Assembly: GCA_947629215.1 (NCBI GenBank)
Contig: CANRCU010000001.1
Span: 1-38,701, forward strand
Source of the DNA: an uncultured Clostridia bacterium
Lineage (GTDB): Bacteria; Bacillota; Clostridia; Lachnospirales; CAG-274
DNA: 38,701 bases
Direction of reading: 5' to 3'
Part shown: piece after piece, positions 24,677 through 34,700 of the stretch
How positions within the stretch are numbered: the stretch's first letter is position 1
Layout of the letters: the number at the start of each line of letters is the position of its first letter
Position numbers and translations under genes: made by a program
The notes under the pieces: model-generated
Database searches by the model: none
Seen by the model: only the letters and a program-made list of their open reading frames with translations
What the model was told of the DNA's origin: nothing

Positions 24677-24705
24677 TTGCAAAATAAAAAACTATGCTGT
24701 ATAAT
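24677..24705 (+). promoter_or_regulatory. Sigma-A-like promoter (TTGCAA-17-TATAAT)
   Basis: TTGCAA at 24677..24682 and TATAAT at 24700..24705, about 37 nt upstream of ATG 24742. Confidence 0.4.
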
Positions 24706-24741
24706 AAGCTGTAAACCTACCAAGCGAAAAGGAGAATGGCT

Positions 24742-25467
24742 ATGAAAAAATTATTGATATTATTGCTGTTATGCTGTACGGCATTGACAGCTTGCGGAAA
24801 TGACGAAACGACGGAAAGTGAACAACCGGCAGACAACACTGCGGCTGAACAGGCTCAACAGGCTGAACAGAGCGCTCCCGCTCAACAGGAAGCGCCTGCG
24901 GCAACGACAAGCAACAATAAGTCGCCCTATGATTTTGCCGACGGTGTTCTGACCAAAGGTCATACCAACAGCAGCGAAATTGTTATTGCGGACGATATAA
25001 CAAAAATTGACGGTTTTGCTTTCAAAGACTGCACGGAACTCAAAAAGATAGTTATACCGAACAGTGTTACGTCAATAGGCGATTATGCGTTCAGCGGCTG
25101 CAAATCGCTTGAAACCGTACAGATAGGTACGGGCGTTACAAGCCTTGGCAAAAATGCTTTTAACGGCTGTTCGGCTATTCGTTCCATAACCCTGCCCGCA
25201 AGCGTGACTGTTTTGCAGGATAACACATTTTCGGGATGTTCGTCGCTTGCGGCTTGCGGACTGCCCGCAAACCTTACGGAGATAGGCAATTATGTTTTCA
25301 AGGATTGCTCTGCGCTGAAAAAGCTTGTTATACCCGCAAGTGTAACAAAGCTTGGCAACGACCCGTTTGAGGGCTGTACGGGGCTTAAAAGCATTGAATG
25401 CACAAAGGGCAGCCCTGCCGAGGATAAAGCGCTTTATAATGCGGATACAATAGTTGTTGCAAAATAA
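24742..25467 (+). CDS. Lipoprotein with BspA-type leucine-rich repeats (LRR_5)
   Basis: Lipobox LLCCTALTAC|G, a Q/A-rich spacer, then repeats of I.IP.SVT.IG..AF.GC..L. The start is the second ATG, 7 nt after GGAGA. Confidence 0.7.
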   Translation: MKKLLILLLLCCTALTACGNDETTESEQPADNTAAEQAQQAEQSAPAQQEAPAATTSNNKSPYDFADGVLTKGHTNSSEIVIADDITKIDGFAFKDCTELKKIVIPNSVTSIGDYAFSGCKSLETVQIGTGVTSLGKNAFNGCSAIRSITLPASVTVLQDNTFSGCSSLAACGLPANLTEIGNYVFKDCSALKKLVIPASVTKLGNDPFEGCTGLKSIECTKGSPAEDKALYNADTIVVAK

Positions 25468-25608
25468 TATCAAACAGACAGGTAAGTACTCACCGCCAAA
25501 AAAGGCGAGGGGTACTTACTGTTGTATTCGGTGAAAGAAATAAGCCGAGCGTCTTACTCGGTCGATAAAAAATATACGGTCTGTTAAATTTATAAGGAGG
25601 AATTTTTG

Positions 25609-27753
25609 ATGAAGTTTAAAAAGCAGATATGCCTTATAATGGCAGGAATGATGACAGTGGGAACGCTGAATACGGTTTTTGCCGACAGCAGTTACAAAAC
25701 AACCGGTGAAGCCGTTGTCGCCATGGCAGCGGATGACGAAGTTGTATATCCCGCGGAAGGGGGAAATATCCGTTTTGACAAAAGCACGGGTACGGTCACA
25801 TACGCGGACAAGACCATAACATCCGCAAATATACCGGATACAATTGACGGAGTACAGGTAACAGCCATAGGGGACAATGCATTTTACAGATGTATGGAAC
25901 TGACAGCAGTGACTATACCCGAAAATGTAACCTATATAGGGGAAAGCGCCTTTTTTGATTGTGAATCTTTGACAAACATAAACATACCGCAAAAAGTTAC
26001 ATTTATAAAACGAGGCGCATTTGAATACTGTGAGAGTATTACAAGCATAACCATACCAAAGGGCGTTACATCTATCGAGGACGATGCATTTTGCGGTTGT
26101 TTGAAATTAACGGCTGTAACTTTGCCCGAAGGTTTAACGACCATAGGGCAGTACGGGTTTGAAGGCTGCGTAAGTCTGGCAGATATAAATTTACCCGAAG
26201 GTCTGACATCAATAGGGGAATATGCATTTCAGAGTTGTGCCTTAAAAAGCATAACCATACCCCAAAGTGTGACGGAAATCAAAGAGCGCGCATTTTTTGA
26301 TTGTGACGGTCTGACAAGCATCACTCTGCCCAAAAATTTAACATCGGTGGGTTTAGGGGCATTTGGATATTGTGACGGTCTGACTGAGATAAATGTTCCC
26401 GAAGACGGCATCGGTTTTACGGATATTGACGGAGTTTTGTTCAATAAGGATAAGACCGAATTATGGTCTTTCCCCGCGGGCAAAACGGATACGGAGTATA
26501 CAATACCCGACGGTGTGACGGATATTAAAAAAGGCGCTTTTATAGGCTGCAAAAATTTAAAAAACATAACCATACCAAACGGTGTAACAAATATTGAAGG
26601 CTCGGCATTTGCAAACTGTGAAGGGCTGACGACCGTGACTATACCCGAAAGCGTATTGTTTATAGAAAATACGGCATTCGGTTCCTGCACTGCCCTGACG
26701 GATATTTATGTTTCGGAAGGCAACAAAAATTATACCGATGTTGACGGTATCCTGTTCAATAAAGCAAAGACCGGTATAGAGTGTTATCCCATAGCCAAGG
26801 AAGCTGCGGTATATACGATACCCGAGGGCGTAACAACTATAGGTAAATGCGCATTTGTGGACTGTGTAAATTTAAAGGATATAAACATACCCGAAAGTGT
26901 AAACAGTATAGGAGCCGCCGCATTTTGCGGCTGTGCCGCATTGGAAGATATGACCATACCCGAAGGTGTGACAAATATCGGTGATTCTACATTTTTGGAC
27001 TGCCTGCATTTAAAAACCGTAAATATACCCCAAGGTGTAACAGCCATAGGCAACGCAGCATTTGAAGGCTGTACAAGCCTTAGCGAGATGACCATACCCG
27101 ACGGAGTGACAGAAATCGCAGACGAAACATTCAGGTATTGTTCGTCACTGACAGACGTCCATATCCCCGACGGTGTAGAATGCATAGGTATGTATGCATT
27201 TGAATATTGCGGAAATTTAAAGAATATAGTTTTGCCCGACAGTATAAAATTGATCGATGTAGCCGCATTTGACGGCTGTGAGGGGCTTACAAGCATAGAT
27301 ATACCCAAAAATACGGAGCTAATCGGCGCAGGCGCTTTTTATGACTGTAAGGGGCTGACAAGCATAAGCATACCCTCCGCTGTACAGGAGATAGAAAGCG
27401 AAGCATTTGAAGGCTGTATAAACCTTAAGGATGTTTATTACGACGGCACTAAAGAGGAATGGAACAGCTTATCTAAGGACTTTGGCAATGATGCTCTGCT
27501 CAATGCAACGATACATTACAACGGCGGTATAAACTACGGTGATGCAGACTGTAACGGTGAGATAACCGCAGCGGATTCGGCAATGGTATTGCAGAAGGTA
27601 CTTAAAACCGACTTTGAAATGACCGTTGAGAAAAAAACCGACGACTATATGTCCGTTGTGGACGTGGACGGAAACAAAGAACTCAATGCTGCGGATGCCT
27701 CTATAATATTGCAGAAGTCGCTTATAAATTCATTCAAAATGCCTTGTGAATAA
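25609..27753 (+). CDS. Secreted BspA-type LRR protein (~24 repeats) with a C-terminal dockerin
   Basis: AAGGAGGA RBS and a signal peptide. The ~23-aa unit (I)TIPEGVT.IG..AF..C..L is reiterated. The dockerin YGDADCNGEITAADSAMVLQKVL...VDVDGNKELNAADASIILQKSL lies at 27535..27750. Confidence 0.75.
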   Translation: MKFKKQICLIMAGMMTVGTLNTVFADSSYKTTGEAVVAMAADDEVVYPAEGGNIRFDKSTGTVTYADKTITSANIPDTIDGVQVTAIGDNAFYRCMELTAVTIPENVTYIGESAFFDCESLTNINIPQKVTFIKRGAFEYCESITSITIPKGVTSIEDDAFCGCLKLTAVTLPEGLTTIGQYGFEGCVSLADINLPEGLTSIGEYAFQSCALKSITIPQSVTEIKERAFFDCDGLTSITLPKNLTSVGLGAFGYCDGLTEINVPEDGIGFTDIDGVLFNKDKTELWSFPAGKTDTEYTIPDGVTDIKKGAFIGCKNLKNITIPNGVTNIEGSAFANCEGLTTVTIPESVLFIENTAFGSCTALTDIYVSEGNKNYTDVDGILFNKAKTGIECYPIAKEAAVYTIPEGVTTIGKCAFVDCVNLKDINIPESVNSIGAAAFCGCAALEDMTIPEGVTNIGDSTFLDCLHLKTVNIPQGVTAIGNAAFEGCTSLSEMTIPDGVTEIADETFRYCSSLTDVHIPDGVECIGMYAFEYCGNLKNIVLPDSIKLIDVAAFDGCEGLTSIDIPKNTELIGAGAFYDCKGLTSISIPSAVQEIESEAFEGCINLKDVYYDGTKEEWNSLSKDFGNDALLNATIHYNGGINYGDADCNGEITAADSAMVLQKVLKTDFEMTVEKKTDDYMSVVDVDGNKELNAADASIILQKSLINSFKMPCE

Positions 27754-27757
27754 GTCG

Positions 27758-27789
27758 GAGAGGGTGTCGTTTTGCGACACCCTCTTTTT
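27758..27789 (+). terminator. Intrinsic terminator after the LRR-dockerin gene
   Basis: GAGAGGGTGTCG-TTTTG-CGACACCCTC followed by TTTTT. Confidence 0.7.
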
Positions 27790-27819
27790 GTTGTGTTACG
27801 AAATATTTTAAAGATTTTT

Positions 27820-28362
27820 TTATTGCTCCATTTGTTTGCCTAAAAAACCGGCTGCGGTCTGTGCAAGTTTGCCTTCGACCTCGCCCATGCTTTGGTCGCC
27901 GAGCATAATTATAGCGCCCAATACATCGCCTTCGCATATGATGGGTACGATAAGCTCGGCGGAATAAATATCGTCGTTTTCGTTTTCCACTATCGGCACA
28001 AAATCGCTGTCATTGCGGGTAGCAATGTGTGTATTTCGGGCATTCAGCACCTGTTCCAGTTCGTCCGAGATATGCTTTTCCATAAACTCTTTTCGGCTGC
28101 CGCCGCTGACGGCGATTATCTGGTCTTTATCCACTATGCAGGTTATATGGCCTGCACTTTGGGCAAGACTTTCCGCATACTCCTTTGCGAACGCCCCCAA
28201 CTCGCCTATAGGCGAATATTTTTTAAGGATTATCTCGCCCTCGCGGTCGGTATAAATTTCCAGGGGGTCGCCCTCTCTTATTCTGAGTGTTCTTCTTATC
28301 TCCTTGGGGATAACAATTCTTCCCAAATCATCTATTCTTCTTACAATACCGGTAGCTTTCAC
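27820..28362 (-). CDS. spoVT: Stage V sporulation protein T (AbrB-type N-terminal domain plus GAF-like domain)
   Basis: GTG start at 28362, 7 nt after AAGGAGGA. (M)KATGIVRRIDDLGRIVIPKEIRRTLRIREGDPLEIY...ILKKYSPIGELG...AAGFLGKQMEQ is nearly collinear with B. subtilis SpoVT as I remember it. Length is 180 aa. Confidence 0.93.
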   Translation of the reverse strand: MKATGIVRRIDDLGRIVIPKEIRRTLRIREGDPLEIYTDREGEIILKKYSPIGELGAFAKEYAESLAQSAGHITCIVDKDQIIAVSGGSRKEFMEKHISDELEQVLNARNTHIATRNDSDFVPIVENENDDIYSAELIVPIICEGDVLGAIIMLGDQSMGEVEGKLAQTAAGFLGKQMEQ

Positions 28363-28716
28363 CGTAATGTCCTCCTTATAAACAAATTTTATTTGTATAG
28401 CTATTATTTGTTTAAGGCGGAATTTTATACTATAATGACACAGGTCAAATTTTGGAAGGCAAGTCGGAGCTAACTGTCCGTTATAAAAGGTTTGCAAAAT
28501 TTTTAGGGATTGACCCATAACGTTTTTTCGTATATAATGAAATAAAAAACATAAATATGGAAAACTTTGTTTACAAGTCAATATTTACTTTTGACCGAAT
28601 AACTCTTCGGAACGGAGAACGTCAAGCCGTTTCGGCATGAGTATACAGCATAAAAGGAGAACGCCTCAAGGCTCAAAAAAACCTTTTTATGCGCTCATAC
28701 AGGGGGTTTTGAAGCA

Positions 28717-28725
28717 CCCCCCCCC
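28717..28725 (+). repeat. C9 homopolymer tract 37 nt upstream of the adhesin start codon
   Basis: CAGGGGGTTTTGAAGCACCCCCCCCCGAAAAAAATCGCAAAAAAAC. The G5 at 28702..28706 can pair with part of the C-run. Confidence 0.9.
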
Positions 28726-28762
28726 GAAAAAAATCGCAAAAAAACTTTTCACGGAGGGCATT

Positions 28763-31700
28763 ATGAGAAAACACAATTTTTTAACAAGAACATCTGCTTT
28801 TATATTATGTACTTCTATAATATTATCCGCATTGCCGAATATAAATTTCACTTCACCCGTAGAACCCGTAGAAACAAAGGCGGCAGAGAGCAGCACCGAT
28901 GAGTATGCAAACGAAACGTTGGAACATATGTGGGACGGTAATAATGACGGCGACCCCGATGATGCTTTCCTGAAAGCCGCACGCCCTAATTATGCTTGCC
29001 GAAACGACAGTTTTGGCGGCGTGGAATACAGGACCATCTTCCACGTATATGCTTTTGAAGGCGACACAATTTGTGTCGGTTCAAGCGTATATGATTCACA
29101 GCTTAATATAAATCATACAAAAGTTTCATCGACCGTAGGTGATAAAGGTTCTGTCGATGTAGTTATGACAGATTTAAACGGGGTTTCTCATTCAATTGAC
29201 ATACGAAATTCAGACGATGATAAAACCGGTTACATTCCGGATTGGCAAACAGAATATGCGGCAGTAAAAGGTTTACATAAAGAAAACGGTAAGTTTGTTG
29301 GAGAATATACCGATGCAACATCTAATACATATACATACACCCCCTATACTTATAATGTAATAGAAACGGGAGTATACACTTTTGAGTTTCATTCTTATAA
29401 CAAGAGCGGCGGCAACAATAATGCAAAACAAAGAAATGGTAGTTTCAGTGATACCAAAACAAGCGGACTTATTGCTGCTTTAAATTTAACAGTATTTAAT
29501 GAAAGCGGTGAAGAACAACACGGACGTACTTATGCGGATTTTCTTTCGTTAGAAATGGATCCGACCAATAACATAGGTGTCAAAGATTCATATTATATTC
29601 TTACAAAGGATAGTTATATCTATAAAATGCAGTTTAATAATGCAATACCTTATACCTATAACTTCTTTTCCAACAACAAGGGACTTTACGACTCCGCAAC
29701 GGGCGAAATCATTTATACATCAGTAAAAGATGTAAACAACAAAAATACTTATGCCCGAATGGGCGCAGCATATAAATATCCCGGTACAAAGGATACGGAT
29801 ATGCTGAAAAGCTATTATATTTTTTTGGAATATCCCGACGACCGGTTAGAAGGCGAAATATACGAAAAGCCTGTTCAGCCCGACCCCGCTACAAATCTGC
29901 GTTTTGTAAGCCAAATCAAAGACGAGAGCGGAAACAAGATACCCGGCGCATATGAGGGTGAGGGCGGATATTTTGCTTTTGATGTGGATGAAGCGACTAC
30001 CGCCACTTTGCGTCTTGAATTTAAGAATACCGAAGCAGAGGACAGCTTTGCACCCGTAGAAATTTCGGGTGCGGTCACGCCCCATTCCACAAATTATTTC
30101 TACTGGAACGGTAAGGACGGAAACGGTACGGTAATTCCGAAAAACAAGTATCTTATGGAAAACCTGGCATTCACCGTCACCACAAAAGCAGGGGAGATAC
30201 ATTTTCCTATCATAGATATGGAATGTGCGCCGGGCGGTATCACATTTACAAGAATGAGCCATATTTATGATAAAAACGGTACACGACTGGATGCCGATGA
30301 CAATATTTACGGCAAGACAAAAAATCTGATATATTATGACGATACGGCAATATATTACGGTGAAATGGCTGCATCTACAGGATTTTCCGAAAGCAATGTA
30401 GATGTAGCAAAAGATAAATTCACGACCTCGGACGGTATGGACGGACAATATTATAACTATAACAACATAGGCAATGCCAACGGCGGTGAAAATATAGTTC
30501 GTAATGCTAAATCCGAGTATGTTACAAAGAATAAGATCCGTATCGGAGACCACAGCCATACAACAAATGTAGTAAATTATTTTGACACAGACGGGAAATT
30601 GCTGAAAGGAGAAGGTCAAGAAGATATATTGGATTATCTCGATTCGGCAAAATATCCGGTCGGACAGTCAACAGGCGATTACTCCACTACCGATTATGCC
30701 ATTGCCAACTTCTGGACATTTATACCTTCCAAGCCTGCGACGGCTTCCGTTGATATTGACAGTATCACAATAACAGAACGCCCGGAAAATTATTTTAACC
30801 TTACAGGCCGTGTGTTCTTTGATGCAAATTCCGATGGATTATTTAAAGATATGTCCCAAGACGGCGACTATGCAATGAGCGGCGTCACCCTGAATCTTTA
30901 CAAAAAAACAAATGACAAGGACATCATAGAAGGCGAAACTTATGTCAACTACAATTCGGACAATACGTTAACTGCGCTTAATGCCGAAAGTTTTCCTACG
31001 GCTGAAAATAAGTATATGCTTGTCGATACCGGGCTGACAACGGGAGACGGTATTTACAAATTCACCAGTTTGAATTATGACCCGAAAAACGGAACAGAAT
31101 ATATATATGAAGTTATAAAACCTTCAAAAAACTATACGTTAAAAAGCGGTAGTATAACAGCTAAACCATTAGAACATTATGAGGATAAAATACTTAATCA
31201 ATACTATGGCTACTACTCAAATAAAAGTTTTAACAATTCTTACAAAGGTACAGAGGTACAGAAAATCGTTGTCGGCGGAAGTGAGGGCGTAGACCCGACA
31301 AAGCTGGGATATTCTAATGAAATTGATAAAAAAATCCACGAAAATCCCGACCATACAGTCTGCGCAGTGGATGTGGGCTATAATTACAAGACCCTTGACC
31401 GTTCGCTTGTGCTGAAAAAAGAGTGGAAAACTAAAGAAACAAACGCGACCCACCCCGCAGCGGTGGTATACCAGCTGTCATACAAACTTGAAAGAGATAC
31501 AGGTTCTTATATTTACGATTATTATACCTTGTCCGCAATAACATCATGGCAAAAGGAGGACGAATATCTTCCCGCAGAGCTTGGTGGTAAGAATGTTGAC
31601 AACTATTATGTATCCGCCGAATATTACATAGACAACAACGCAGGCAAGATATATAGACACACCTATAACGATTACAACAATGCAACAGGCAAATATGAGA

Positions 31701-34700
31701 GTTTTGTTGCAAACAAAACATACAGTGTGGATCTTAGCACCTTATTTAAAGACGGAACCGTACCTGCGGACTGCAAAGTGACCGACTTGCCCGACCTAAA
31801 TGACGACGGCTACTCGGATGCCAAGGATATGGGCGAAATAACAGAGTGGAAAGAGGACACAAACCCAAAATATACAGCCGTTCTTGACCGTGACATGCGT
31901 TCGGACAACACGACCGTGACCATAACAAACGCAGAACAACCCGGCACGATAGAGATACTTAAATATTACGATACGCCAAAAGAGGGAAATTACCTTCAGG
32001 GCGCTACCTTCCGTGTATATGTCGGCACAATGGAAGAGATAAAAGCTCTTAACGGTGACGTGGAAGGATTGCGTGAAAAGCAAGTAGCTTCGGGTTCGAC
32101 AAGAAGCAACGGCCGTGTGGCTTTCCCGGGGCTTGATCCGACAAAAACCTATACCGTAAGAGAGGTATATGCACCCGACGGATACCGTATATTGGAAGAA
32201 TATTACGAAGTCAAACCAAAAAAAGAAGATTTGGAAACAGACAGTGAAAATGTATTCTATTTTGACGAAAAAGGCTATGCTTTTCATCAAATAGGTAATG
32301 CCCTTGCCGACAAGGAATTTAAAATAAGAAAACAGATACTGGGCAGGGCATGGCAGAGTGATGACAAATTTACCTTTAATATAAAGCCGATGTTTGACGG
32401 CAATGATTTGAATAAAGAAGGCGAATTCAATATCAATGATGCGGAAAGATTATTATATACAGATGATGCAGTATTGCTTGACAAGCTGGGCGCATTTGTA
32501 GAAGAATTTTCTTCCTGCACAAAAGTAGTTAATTCAGATAATGCTTTTTACAGCTTTACAACCCAACAGAAAGACCGCCCCGATATAACATACAACAGCA
32601 GCGACACAAAGGTATCCGATACGCTGATAACAAATGAAGGAAATGCAAGATTCTGCGATTTTGAATTTCCTTTTGCGGGGACATACACATTTTCTGTTTC
32701 GGAGCTGGATGAAGCGGACAAAAACAGCACCCTTGAAACCTCAAAACGCATATATACGGTGGAAATCACCGTAAACCGTGTTTTAAACACCGGTGCAACA
32801 GGTGAGCTTGACCTCGGCAATTCTCACCTTACAGCCGAGGTATCAAAAATAACCTATACCGAAGGCGATGACACAACTTCAAAAGTATTTGCAGGTTCAA
32901 GCCCCCTGTTTACAAACACTTATACCCCTGCGCCTGCGGCACAGTCCACAAGCTATGCCATTAAAAAAATTTTCAATGGCAGACCCGAAGGCGGCTATAA
33001 CAGCAGTGATAAATTTACTGTGCGTATAAAGGGTACAGACGATGTTACACAAGAGGCAATAGCGAACAAAAACCTTTCGATAACGGGTCTTGGCGATCCG
33101 AAAGCTTCGGGTGAAGGCGCTGCGATGGAATGGACACATGATTTCACAAAAGAACAGCCCGATAACCTTAATTTTAATTACTTTATATTTAACAATATTA
33201 CTTTCCCCGTGCAATATGTGGATAAGGAAGGAAACCCATACGAACCTACGGACGACAAACCCACCCCCGACGATGAGGAGCTTGAAAGTGGTAAATATAC
33301 CGCCCAAACCATGCCTGTGACCTATTGGCTTGAAATAAGCGAGGATAAGCCCGATGAGGTGAACGGCATTACCTATGACGAGAATAAATATTATCTTGAA
33401 ATAATACTCAGGAACACGGAAAAAGGCACGATCACAAACGAAGCAGAAGAGGAAGAAGACGGCATCATAGAAGAGATTGATCTTTATCTTTACAAGAACG
33501 ATAAAGAATCTGCCGTAGCAAACTGTATTACAAATCAACACGTTGTCAATGAATCCGAGTGGAAAACAGGCAGCGAAACCGATGTAACATGGTGTTATGT
33601 GGATAAAAACGGAAAATTACGGGACGGAAAAGACATGGATACGCCTCCCGCAGGTGCAAAACTGCTTATAAAGAGAAAAGAGTCACACGAAGGCCCTCAC
33701 GAAATGACTTTCACAAACACCTATGCTGCATCCTATACCTGGACGCCGAAAATAACAAAAATTTTAAACGGCAGAAACTGGCTGTCTGCGGACAAGTTTG
33801 AATTTACCATGACGTACGAAGATGAAACGGGGGTAATAATGCCCGAAGACAACAAAGTTCTTATAACAAAAGAGGATACCTCCAAACAGTTTAAGTCCGT
33901 GACCTTTACAGCACCGGGCGAATATAAATTTAAATTCAAGGAAAAAGATGTAACGGGTATTACAGAAAAAAATTCGGGTACTTACGAAATAACGGTGAAA
34001 CTGAAAGACGACGGCAAAGGTTCTCTCTATGGTGAGGTCGGGGAAGGAGATGCTATCGAGCTTTCGAATACCAACATTGAATTTGTGAACACTTATGCCG
34101 ATAAAGAAAACAAAATAGGCTTTGCCATGACCAAGAACATAGAGGGCAGACCTTTTAACGACGGCGAGGAGTTCTCATTTAAAATAGTGCCTTCGGAAAA
34201 GGCAAAAGAAGCCATTCGAAGCGATGTGATAGAAATGCCGACTGAGCTTGCGACGGACATCGAAGGGAATTATACTTTTTCGGTCACTGCGGATGCCTCT
34301 GAAGTAACGAATACAATAGTGAAAACGCTTGGCGACATCGTTGTAAAAAAGGGTGAGGAAGAACTTCAGCAATATAAATTCACTATTTCCGAAAACACGG
34401 ACGGTTTTGATGAAAAAGATATGAAGTGTTTTGAAAACGATATAAGGCTGACCCTCAATGTTGAGCGTGAACTTAAAGACGGGCTGCCTACGGGTGAATT
34501 GAAGGTGTCGGCTGCATATGCCTATATTTCGGATGACGGACCCATAGAAACAGAGGCAATAAATATACCTTTCAGAAATATCTGTATGGGCAGTCTTACC
34601 GTAAAGAAAGAAGTATGGAACGACGCAGCCAAAGGCAAAGACTTCACATTTGAAGCCGAATTTGAATGTCCCGAGGGAACGGCGAGCATACCGGGTATTA

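Noticed and set aside
26229-27308. Two long minus-strand ORFs (153 aa and 174 aa) inside the LRR-dockerin gene, plus 25516..25992.
   Set aside because: They are antisense to a strongly supported repeat-protein CDS. Their open frames arise from the periodic codon composition of the LRR repeats.
28637-28762. A 42-codon N-terminal extension of the adhesin ORF (MSIQHKRRTPQGSKK...).
   Set aside because: There is no RBS before 28637, and the extension is basic, non-signal-like and contains the C9 and A7 tracts. ATG 28763 has ACGGAGGG upstream and begins a proper signal peptide.
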